A stretch of DNA of 39,488 nt from Phoronis australis (lineage: Eukaryota; Animalia; Phoronida): the NCBI GenBank assembly GCA_002633005.1, contig NMRA01001201.1:1-39488 (forward strand), given 5' to 3'. Numbering within the stretch: position 1 is the first letter of the stretch; the number at the start of each line of letters is the position of its first letter. A program made the position numbers and the translations under genes. Positions 1 to 12,100 of this stretch are shown here, piece after piece. The notes beneath the pieces were generated by a model that saw nothing but the letters and a program-made list of their open reading frames with translations, was not told where the DNA came from and did not search any database.

Positions 1-107
1 CTGGACATGATTTCCTGCAGACGAGACTGAAACTCAGCTGTTGGGATGAAGGTGTCGCCCGTGTGTAGCTTTTCTACCATTGCAGTATAGATGAACTTGT
101 ATTGGTC
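1..107 (-). CDS. RPTP exon (partial): end of D1 and D1-D2 linker
   Basis: tttcaag|[38 protein letters not shown]. The GDT.I linker suggests a D2 domain follows beyond the window. Confidence 0.92.
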
Positions 108-3100
108 CTTGAAACAGAGACAGACGTGCTTAAAATCAATTTGTGCAAACTGTTGTTCGAAATATAAACTTAGTTCATTTCCGGATATAGTTGTCGCCAT
201 TATAAAATCCACACCTTTTTCAATCATCAGAATTTGCACCTCGTTCTAAATTGCTAGGAAAAACTATAAATGACAGGATCTTGGTGTGCGTAAGGTGGTT
301 GCATTCATGAAAAAGAGCTCTACTCATTCTTGAAATGTTTCCCAAAGCTGGCATCAGATGGCGTTGTTAAAAAAGTACCCGACCCATTTTAACTGGCTTG
401 TGGTGACTTTTGAAAGCAAAAAATACCACGTCACCACGCAATTGGAACAGAATCAATTGTCTGCTCTAACTTTTTTCCAAAAGCAGAAAAAGAACCCGTT
501 TCGATAAAAGTATGCAAAAGGCTCCAGACATTTTGTTTGACATAAAAACTCCAGTGATTCCTATCACCGTCCTTCACATGTTTCACTGTCGCCAGCTCGG
601 CATCGTTAATTTGAATTATCCAAAGTGCAGTCCACATATATTTACACATATTTTAACCTAGTCATACCAGCGTTTGCACCATGTTGACTCGCTGTTGGCG
701 AAGTTGTCCGAGTTGGCCTAAAACGTCAACCGCACCCTCCGCGTCTGCTTGATCGGACAAAATGTCCATCATGATGAAAGTGCCAGTTCGACCCACGCCA
801 GCACTGCAAATGTGAAACGTGAAGTTTAAAATACATGCATTGCGACGTTTCCCGAATACTTGCGTCATTTAACAAAACTCCCCAGAATCTAGCCTTATGG
901 AACACAGCGTAGATTTAAAACACAGATGGACTAAATAAAACGTTTTATCTGACTACAACTTTGAAAAATAAGTTTGTCTAGAAAGGAAATATTAGACAGA
1001 CAAAAGGTTCGTACGTTAAAAACAATCACGACAGATTTGCGTGTTGTCACAACTCAATGACACTGTCAACTACAACACAATGTGTTTTGATTGTAGTGTA
1101 TATGTTTATGGAAGGTTGTAATTCATGTTGACGTACCTGCAGTGTACCACGGTGGGCACGTCGTCATTATCTTCCCGGATGTGGTCTTTGACGGTTTGGT
1201 AGAACTTCCACAGAGCTGAAGAGCTGCTGGGCACTCCGTGGTCTGGCCAGGACGTGAAGTGGTATTGGGTCGTCTTAAGCGCCTGCTGTTCACAATTTAC
1301 CTTCCATAAAAATGCAATTGTATTTTTATTAAAAGTAACGTCTTTTGAGCAATTGAATATCATTACAGCTGAGATTAACTGACACGATGACCTTTATTTA
1401 AATCAATGAGACATGAGCATTCGTAATGTCTGCCTGACTCCATGGTGATGTCACACTTTTATACTAAAGCTAGTCACGATTACCGATTTACCTGAATCTG
1501 TAAAGAAATTTGAAAGTTGCTAAAACATTCGCAATTTTAACCGAGAACAAAGCCTTATATTTCCTCAAACCTTTGAGTTAAGTTATCTGGTGGTATATAA
1601 CATCCTTTTTGACGAATAAAACAATATTACGACTTGTCTCCTTAGCAGTCCTACCTTTGTTACTTCGAACTGTCTTGTAGTGAAGTCGGTTCCCTTTTCT
1701 TTGTCAATAGCTGTCACTAAGATGTCGCCATATTTTTCAACTTCCTTCGTTTCTGGCCAGTATACCTCACATTTGCGCTAGAAGTACATGATAAGCCTAG
1801 CACATACCCATCGTTGTAAGCCTCCCGCATCTGATGCGGTCTTGTCTAGAGTTTTCGACATGCAGCTCATCAATGCTGGAATGAATCTGCTATCTGTCAA
1901 AAACTTAACTCTTCATTAGGACCACCGCCAGCATAACGTCGGTCTCAGATTATTCATTACTGAGACAAGAAGTAAACTTTTGAAGAATTGATAATTCGTT
2001 GTTGCTAGGTAGCAGACTTAAATTAGGTGCCTTGGTCCAGTGAGCGTTTTATACGTTGGGAATGGTCCTGAACAATGACGAGGCCCCACTTCCTGTGAAG
2101 CCAAGGGATTACTTCTAAGAGAAGGGGAACGTTGGGGCCGCCTTTACAATACTATAACCAGACACTGAGATATAATTTCCGTGTACGAGGTGTGCTCCAA
2201 CTCGAATTTTCAATCTCAACAACCATAAACATTTGTTGTTTGAAAAAAATATTGCATGTTCGAGTTTTCATCGACAGTCGTTCGATGTAGGAAAAAGTGT
2301 ATCCCACCATCATACTAGCACGATGTCCGAGTGTCGTATACGATTTTACATAAGACCCTATTAGACAATCGGAAAGCACAAATTGGTCTTCCAAGTCAAA
2401 TTGTATTTTGGCAAAGTTACGTTCATAGCTGCCAAAGTGACTTGCACATATAAAATTTAAAATGCAAAATACGAACAACAAGTAGGTTATAAGTTATAAT
2501 GCTTAGTAGCTACATGTATAAAACGCTTCGCAGCGTAATTATGTGTCTGCCTTGGCTAGAGTCCATTGACAACATGGATGTTCTGGAAGAAATGCAAGTC
2601 AAGGTATACTCGCGGATATGATAACCCTCCACACCACTATAAAGCTTGCGGAAGTTGATAGTTCAAGATGGCAGACAAATTGCTAGACTCTCAATGTAGC
2701 TCCTGAATGGAATATGAGGGAGTGAAGATTCAAAAAGTTTCATCATGCATTAAAGGAAAATGCCACTCGATTTAGTTAATCTTTTTTGCTGTCTTAATCG
2801 GTCTATATCTACATCGCCTCACATACGGTCGACATTACCTTGCCAAGAGGTGTCGCGTGCACCTGTGAGGAATGTAAAAAACGACGCTGGCGACGTCAGT
2901 GGTTCATATGCAGAGTGAATGCCGCTATGTTGCGGTGCATCGTTCCCGCTTGTCCGAACTAGGCAGCTGCGAGGAAAGTGGGTATATCGTTTTTTTACTT
3001 CTTCGAGAGTCCAAAATGCTTAGGAATTAAGCGGCTCATGGTAGTGAAGAATGAAATGTACGCTGTAAACAGCAAGTATGAGGCCGTGAATCATCTCCGT

Positions 3101-6100
3101 GTATGTGGCCTGCAGACGTCAACAATGCCTGAAGCGGAATCAGATGCCGGCTTACCAAATAACCATACGTTCCGTTGTCTGAGCTTGTTCACGGCGCCTC
3201 TCTAGTATTTTTTCATCACTGTATTCCTGTTCGAATTGATAGCCTGTAAAACTTAACGATCCACCTGTGAAATCGGGACTGATGAGCTTTAGCTCGTCCT
3301 AAGTCGGGATTGCGAGTTGCCATGTTGGCGTTTATTACTGAGCGTTCTGTTTCAAAATGAATTATTCTCACCCTAACCAACTGAAACTAAAAGTCTGTCT
3401 CATTAGATGCAATTTGTAATGCCTTTGGAGTGTTCGTCAGTGCAAATTATTTGAGAAGCCAGCAATGAATAAATCACTGCGTAACCGGCTTTGGGTGCTA
3501 TAAAACTAATTGACGGGATGCCGAGGCCGTGTGAGCTCATGCTAATTTAGTGTTTGATGGCAGAAACTGTTGTGAAGCAACTCGATTTCCATCCTGCGGT
3601 CAGATGTTAGGGGAATCTTTATTTACATTTTCAATACTCAAATAATGATTGTCATTGTACAACCTCTGCCCTGACGGTGCTGTGGCCAAAGCGGAACCCG
3701 ACTGAATTCGCGGCACCCGACGAGTAAGTAGATTTGCAGTTTGTGGCTAATTCACAAACATAATCACGTGCACGTTACTTTGACCCACTAATATAGTATC
3801 TTCTTGAATGGAAGTTTAGTTTTCACTGAACATTGATTGGTTTATGTTCGTGATGTCTGATCAGTTTCCGAGGCACTGGCCTGGATCGATAACTGACGGC
3901 CGGCCGGGACGGGCTTGATCGGGCCCCAAGCCACTGGCCAGGATAACAAGCGTTTTGTGTTTAGAACTCAAAAAATCACAAGTCTAAACAACACAGATAT
4001 AGGTTCTCCTGTCTCAGGGAAAATACTTCGAAATTATCTCCGAACAGACCCCAAACTCCTGCTACGGACCTTATTGGCCTGCATGCCGAACTTTGTAGGC
4101 TACGGTGTGTCCAAATACCAATAAATCCGTAAGAGCGAAATAAAACAACACGTTTTTATAAGAACTCGTTGTATTTTTAAGGGTTTTACATTGAAGTTTG
4201 ATGATTTATTGGTGTTAAACGATGACTTCAAGCGATAAGCCGACACCAGTAACCAGTGTTGGGAACGGCTGAGCAGACTGCGTGTGAAACCGATGACGTC
4301 ATTGGATAATTTCACCACTCCGTCTGCCGTCAGGTGTCAGGTAACGCAACCGTACGTGTCGTTATGGAGTGGAACTACTCGATCTAAATTGATACAAATT
4401 AGGTTGTTTTTTTGGGTGGCATGCTCCTTTAAAGGTCAACAAATATACACACTGTCTTCAGAATTTATGTGGGCTAGAACTTTATAAGATGTACCGAAAA
4501 CACTCTTTCTGGGTACAAAATTCTCACAGTCTAAGGTCAATTGATTGTATATCAACGCCGGAAGTAAAGAGCGAAGCTAATTACTGCTCACTGTGATTGA
4601 GAGTTGTCCAATATACAAGAGCAGTGCAAAGCGTCAAAATGTGTCTTCGACTGCACTACATACAACAGGCTTTAAAGGGATCATACAATGAACACAAGAT
4701 GTGGCAGAACACGAATGACCCGTCCAATTATGAGACAGCTACACCTTCCCCTAACAAAGCTATTTGCGAAAAGTCCATACCGGAACTCCAAAATCATCCA
4801 AAACTTAAATGGCAGAATTGCCACTTTGCAGCACAGCGGTACTGTTTATAAACAGACTAAAATCAGTTGAATGTTTTTAAGAAAGTCCCACATATTCAAT
4901 AAGAAGAACGTCTTAAAAACACTGATTTCAAGTGTCATGTTGTTCACTACCTTGAAAAAACAATATACACCCCTCCGATTTTTGGGTACGCCTTTTCTCT
5001 CACAAAGAGGCGTTGCAGATTCCGTGTCTGCAAAACAAAAACCTTCCATGGCAAGTTTGCATAGGTTAGGGTCTCTGGAACCAAAGAATGACTGGGCTAC
5101 ATAAGAGTACGACAACACACTTCTCCTAAGATACCCGAAGAGCAGTTTACACGCTTAAACTAAGTTTATGTTTGGAATAAGTGTACCGTCAGATAAATCA
5201 ATTCGAGACAAAAACCATACTCCTAACAAACAAAACAGCTCGTGTTTATGCACGTATCCTGAAGGAAGTCAGCGATCTAGCATTTCTCCTTTGTTAGGCT
5301 ACTTCTTATGGCTGCAATGGAACTATAAGTGGTGTCCCGATGTCTTTCTACTGAGACACCTCCTTGACATGATCCAGGACACGCGCCTGTCGTTATACAG
5401 TATGTCCTACCTTCCCGTCTTCCACGTTCTTGGTCAGCATCACGATCCGTGTTATTTGTTCTTGCCATATCATTCTCCAAAAGTCTTCCACAGTGTTTCT
5501 ATTGGGACCTAAGGAGTGCAAGTTACAGGCATTGACAATTACTTCTAAAAGTATCCGGGAAATTGAGTACGATGAGCCTACGTCACATAGTGACCTCGAA
5601 ATAAACTACGATCGTGTGCCCTAAGGTTAGGCTCCCGCATACCGTTTCGAGATGTTGTCAAGAATTTAAATAGAAGTAGGTAATTTCAAAAGATACATCC
5701 GTCAGTACTTAGAGTTAAAAAGGGCCACATCTAGTATCGTATTTGCCTGAAATTAATACACTAAAACAATCTCAAGTTAAAATACGCGCTATTGCAATAC
5801 GCGCCTCCATTACTTACCCATAGCGGCAATGAATGCCTTAGGACGATTGTAACCATCAATGTAGGTGGCGTTAACATAGCCAGAATTAATGTCGTGGGCC
5901 AGAAGTTCAAGGACGACGCGATTTTTGTCATCTAGAAGATGATGTTGGAGGATAAATAAATTATATTAGAAGTACAAAGCTCACTGTCAATACCAGAGAA
6001 CTCAATAACAATAAACGACAGATATCTGACGTAAATTTAGATGGCAGCGTCGGTAGTTACGCGAAATATCAGCGACTGGTTAATTAAAACGTATACTAAA

Positions 6101-9100
6101 TTTCAAGAACATTTAACAAAGACAACTTCCAGTAATGTACTTCATCTGATTACATTTATTCGATGGAAGCAAGTCATTATGAAAAGCAGTTTTTAATTTG
6201 CCTTTCTTCATTTTTAGCTGCCAAAAACAAAACACGAATTCGGCCACTTGCAAGCCGATAAAAATACAACCCGTTATTTATCAATGGAAACCATTAGCAA
6301 TTCCAAATAGTGGAATTGGAAAACCCTAAAATAATTATTTCAAAGTCGAAAATAGCGCATGTACGCAGTTCTTGTAACTTGAGTTATCGTTTCATTTAGC
6401 AAAAACTTAGGAGCTTATTCATGGTTTTAAATTTTAAAACTAATAGCAAAGCTAAACGTTGGTAGGTAACAAACTGCAAAGCCACCTTTAAATAAAATAT
6501 TTACATGCTAAGATGTTCTTGAATCGGTTTTTCTTCTTATTCTCCTCTTTAATTCCCTCGGTATGGGGGAAAATGTGATCTGCGGGAAGGCTCTGAAAAA
6601 TACAAACACAGAATATAGACAGAAGCTGTACAAAACCTTAGAAAAACTGTAATTTTATGAAGGTTAACCTAGTCAACTGTGATAAATATTTATAGTATGT
6701 TAAATTGTGGATCATCGTATTCTAGGAGCACCGGTTACTGAAGGTTGTCAAAAAAGAGGAAATGAGTGATCACGGATTAGCTTAACTCGACGCAGGCAGA
6801 AAAAACACTGACAGTTAAGCTTCTATAAGTATTCTTTACAGGAGAAACTCCGTCAAATTAAACTTGACTCGGATTGTCAACTATACACTCTAAGTCACGA
6901 GAAAAAAATGAGTAGAATGCGTGTTCTCGTACAATGCCTTATTCAACGAAAGTGAGCGACATGCCGAATTAATTATGCCAAAAGTTATGTACCTCGTATT
7001 CTTTCACAACTATGTCGTTATTAAAGGCATTTCCGACGTACCACACCAAATCTTCAACTTTGATTGGTTTATTGAAATCTTCGTAAACTGGCTCCGACAG
7101 AAGTGGGTTGGACGGTTGGGGACTTCCACTTATCGGTTCCGCGTTCACGTACGCATGTTCGAAGCCATTGGTAGATTCTGTTTTAAATTATCACCATTCA
7201 AGGGATTGACAAGAAATAAATTTAATGCAATGTCAAATCTCTTGTAAGAAAAACAATTTCGACTATAACCATTTTTAATGACAATGTCATACAACAATTA
7301 CTACTACCGTTAACACCTCCAGAATTGGAATTCTAACCAAAATCAGAATCAGGGCTGCAATTAATTTGAACACTACGCGTCTTCCTGGAATGAGATCCTA
7401 TAAGACTCAAACGTGTGCATCATTAACCCTGCAGCACTGATGGCTAAAATCTTGGCAGTCTAATACAACGTCAAACAGAAACAGATGTCAGATGCTGCTC
7501 CCGTGACTGTTCCCAGTACCAGCTGCTGACTGGACAAGAGGGTATTAGCGCTTCTAAGCACACACCTCTTCCTCTTACAATCTAGTGCAGGTTACTTATC
7601 AGCAGTCCAATCTAATGAGTGCAGACACAAGGTGGAGAACTGGCTTGAGACCAGTCTGCTACAAAGTTGTAGTTAGTGCGCGGGTTTGCAATCCTGTATT
7701 GGATTTCTACCCAATATGTGAGCTATCAGGTCACGAACGGAGAAGCCGGAACTCAAACCCGTCGCAAGACATCTGCCAAACATTCATTCCACGAATACAA
7801 AGGAAGACTCCATCTACAACTTTGTGGACAGGTTTAGCTGTAGTATGTACAAGTAATATGATAAGTACACTGAATCACAATAAGGCACAAAATGTGTACA
7901 ATGGACACTCACCGTCTGTTTTGATGTCGTCTAGGCGCAGATCTGAGGAGGTGCCCTTGTTTTCCGCCTGCTGTCTTCGTCTAGAAATGATCAAGAGGAC
8001 AAAGTGATTGAATTTCGGTCATATATATTACGCCTAGTTACGGCAATATCACGAAAACCTCGACACGAAACTCGTGTTCACTTACTTAAACAAAAATGCA
8101 TTGTTTTGGAGTCGGAAGGGTCTTTGGCTTTCATTGTTGGCAGAAACTGTCCAAAAATTCAGTTGACGGTTTAATTGATGGTTTTCTTGCGGGTTTGGTC
8201 GGCTACACTTGTATATGCATATATTTGTGTTTAATACAGCTGTTTTGGAAAACCGTTTTTATGTTATTGGTGTGCATTGACAGTAGTAGCTGTGGATTTC
8301 ATTACAGTTTATTCACGTGGTAGTTACGCCCACAAACCATATGCTCACCCCTTCTAGTATTAATTCTCGGAGTAAATGGACGTATTATATTTTACTCTCG
8401 TTTGCATTGTTGTATTCTTTCTGCGAACACAACAGTTAAAAATCCGAAAAGCTAAAACCAGGTTGTCAACCTGTTTTTGTTGTCGTACTTACATGGCTAA
8501 TATTACAATCATACGTCATTTACTTGGGTTATTTGTAAAAGCTACAGTATATCAGTTAAGTATTTTACCCATTTAAGGTGACTGAGTACGAAACCTTGTG
8601 TTCTCACCTCCGTACAATGAAAACTACCAATGCTAGAACCAATAGGAATGCTGCAACTCCACCACAAGCGCCGCCAATTGTTGTCATCCTGGCTTGTTTA
8701 AAGTTCTTTGCTGACATGATGGACAATAAAGAATAAGTCATAATTTATTCACTATAGCAACAATTTACTTTTCATACTAGGCTTTGAACTTAGATAGAAG
8801 AAACGGAGGTGGTTATCATTTAACTAATCATATAACATTCTCAGAAAAAGCCATCCCGCAAAACCAGTCAGTTAATATAAAGTCTTTTTCTAATAAATAT
8901 CATGCCCCGTTCAAATACAGGCATATTAAAAACTGGTTACATAGTAGACTTGGTCTTTTTACACCGGAGCGGAACTTAACCAAGAAGCCACGACTCCACT
9001 TGGCAGACAACTCAGTAAAATGACCTTGTTATCGAAAACTTGGGACTCATTAAAATTTTAGATGGGAATACCATCAAACTCATTTCATTCTAAATTTATG

Positions 9101-12100
9101 TGTGGGTTAATAATGTGATTGAAATCGTAAACATTAAAAATGGTATGTCTCATTTAACTGTAAATATGCTAATGAAGTACTAGTTTTCAAGCAGCCCCGA
9201 GTATTCCGGTGTGCTGGAAACGATTGGAGAACCAGTTACAATCTCGCGAAAATCTCGTTCTGCGAGACTATTCTTGTGTAAATGAGTTTGGTAATCGTTA
9301 CCCTAATGAAAAAAGCACAGTTTCATTATTTGTTAATATCACTACCAAATAACAATTGATAAATATTTGAAATTACTAGGCTTTTCGTTTGTTTTTAAGT
9401 GTATCAGTGAGGTGTTTTCTTTAAAACCGCAATTTATTTACAAAGTGTTTCTTTTCCTCATATACTTGTACAGGCAGTTCTCCAAGAAGTCGCAAGATTT
9501 CTGGCTATGTTAGCGCTTTCTACAAATAGCACCTTTAGCTGGTATTTTACAAACGCCAAAATTACGATCGATTCAAATGGGGTGATCATGAAAGTTCACA
9601 GTTTTACATCAATCAACTGAAAGACATATAAAGTTCGTATGAATCACCTTCTATGAATTCACTGGATGCCAGTCCCTCAAATTCAAGAACTTGAAAATGA
9701 GTTTTATTCTCCTAAAACAAAAGAAAGCAAAAGTCAGTTTCACTAAAATCAGCAAACGTAATCTGCACATCGTTTTAAAGCAAAGAATGTCACGCGACAC
9801 AAAACAAATAATAACGAATCTTTATTTTCATTAAGTTTTAATTACGAAGTATAGTCTTGTTTTTCCTGGTATAAAACAACAGGGAGGTGATGTAGTCAGC
9901 TTTGATGCACCAATCCACGGAGATGTAAATCATAGTAAAATTGAATTACACACTAACTAATCACCTTCTAGGGTGTTTACGGATTGCATATTGACTCTTG
10001 AAGATGTCGACACCATATAGGTATGTAAAGAGTAAAAAGGAGAAGGCAGAAACGAAAGGAAATCAGACTCACTGATCAAACCTGAATACGGAAATCACCA
10101 CTCTGCTTGAATTATTGCTTGGGATCTTTTTAACATCAAGATACTTACGAAGTCATTCTGAACGAAAACTACAATCAGGAATCTGTATCTGTTCCCTGCT
10201 TTAAGTTGTTCGTTTTTATATCCACCGTATGTCTTTTGGTCTCCCACAACGAATGTCTTCCTTGTTTCGACCTCTGCGTTGGTCAAGTTAGCAGTTATGT
10301 AACGTGGATCACCACTAGACGTCGCCTCCTTATAACCTTTTAACGTGGTGACATCGATAGTGTCTCTCCTTCTACGGGTGATAATTTTCTCCCTTTCGAC
10401 GACAATAAGATAAAACCTGTTTCCAAGTAAATAAAAGATTTGAAACAAAATGCTTTCTTAGCCGAAAATAAATTCTTAATCTCTTCTGCCTATTGTAAAC
10501 TGTATGTCGAAAATAGAAATACAGGAATTCTGTAACTGCCATGGCTTATAATGTTTAGTTTCACAACTATGACAACATACACGTAGTATCAGTAAGTATC
10601 AAAATACGCATAAGTCCTTAGTTGAAATGATCCTGCAACAGCCTGTAACGAAGGCCATTTTGCGGAAATAACTGTAAAATTGGCAGTGAAGACTAAACGA
10701 ACTGGATTTTGACAATAAACAGTTTCTATGTACGTTCTCGTCAAATGTTATGTATGGCTGAAAAAACTTAAAGACAACCTTGCTTGTGACGGAGGTTTCT
10801 TTTTTATACACAGATGATCAACAGTTTTAGAAAATAACCTGATATCAAGCAATTTGCTTAGTACACTCTGAGCGGAAAGTGGTATAGGATATGCAACACT
10901 TCCTGTTCACAAAAACTGGTCTTGAGTACATACATGTATAACTTAAGCGATGCAATGTTCTTTTTATGTATGATGAATCAAAAGCCCTGGATTTGAATAT
11001 ATCCTGTATTGATCAACTATTATACGTTTCCTTCCTCCAAGAGTAAAGAGTCATCACTAGACTCAGGATATTATTTATTCAGAATACACTTTCATTGAAA
11101 ATATACATTCGTTCATTTCTGTACTGACTCGAAAATAGGACTTTCAAAAAAGTATAGAAAACCTAAAATCCTTCGTTTCCCAACAAAACTGTTGACTTAC
11201 TTGATATCTTTGCTGTTTGGATAATCTTTTACTGGTACAATAGGTAGTGCTAAAGTAGTTGATGTCATTTCGTCTGTGTCTATCTTCGATATCTGAAGCC
11301 TTGGTAAGTCTGCATAATGATATTAAGTTGGTTAAAAGTCATATCATGCACACCTGTACCACTGTATGTTTTCTTATTCAAATGTAAGCAACAGTCCCGA
11401 TGGTCCCGACAAAAGCAATAAGACCGCGTCCACTTATTTCCCTCGCGAACCTCACAAACGCAAAACAAACAAGGTGGGGACCTCCTCCATATATTGTCTT
11501 ACCTACCCAAATCAATGTTCTCGCTTAATATTTTATGGAAACTGTTAACGGCATGGAGGCCAGGCCTTAGAAGTGTCTTACTTAACTTTTACACTCATCG
11601 GTATATCTATGAATACAAGTCTGAGCGGAGTTATAATTAACCCAAATATTCGCATTCACTAGACGTCGTACAAGAGTCTATCCAAGAAAATCCAATCTAC
11701 GTACGACTCTCTGGAGGTGTGGGACCACCGAAGGTTTTTTGTGTACTCATTTTCAAGTTCTGGTGTGAAGAACCGGCTAATCTGACAGAAATAAAACCCA
11801 ATTCTTTCAGTAACGAAAATTTTAAAAAAGGAGTCACATTGAATCGTTTAAAGATCATGCAACAGCAAAAATGAGAGGAAATAACAGCAGAAAACAATTT
11901 CTAAAACAAATTGTCCGTCACGCACTACGTAAGCAATTATGGGAAACGTACTTGAATTGCGAATAAGAGTGATTAAAAAAGGAAGGATGTGCTACTGGTG
12001 AGTGCATTGTTAATATCTACCAGACAAACCCGTCCAACATATTATTGTCGCCGTTGGTCCAAAGCCAACTAAAGTTCTCGCCGCCACTTGCACGGTAAAT

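Noticed and set aside
7680-7770. B-box-like motif suggesting a tRNA or SINE
   Set aside because: No A-box or cloverleaf could be built; too degenerate to call.
9181-9270. Short TAG...GCGAGACTA segment resembling a tiny TIR element
   Set aside because: The termini match poorly and I could not identify a TSD or second copy.
11705-11782. AG/GT-bounded segment in the intron after FN3-5
   Set aside because: No FN3-like residues, and the neighbouring exons already join in frame.
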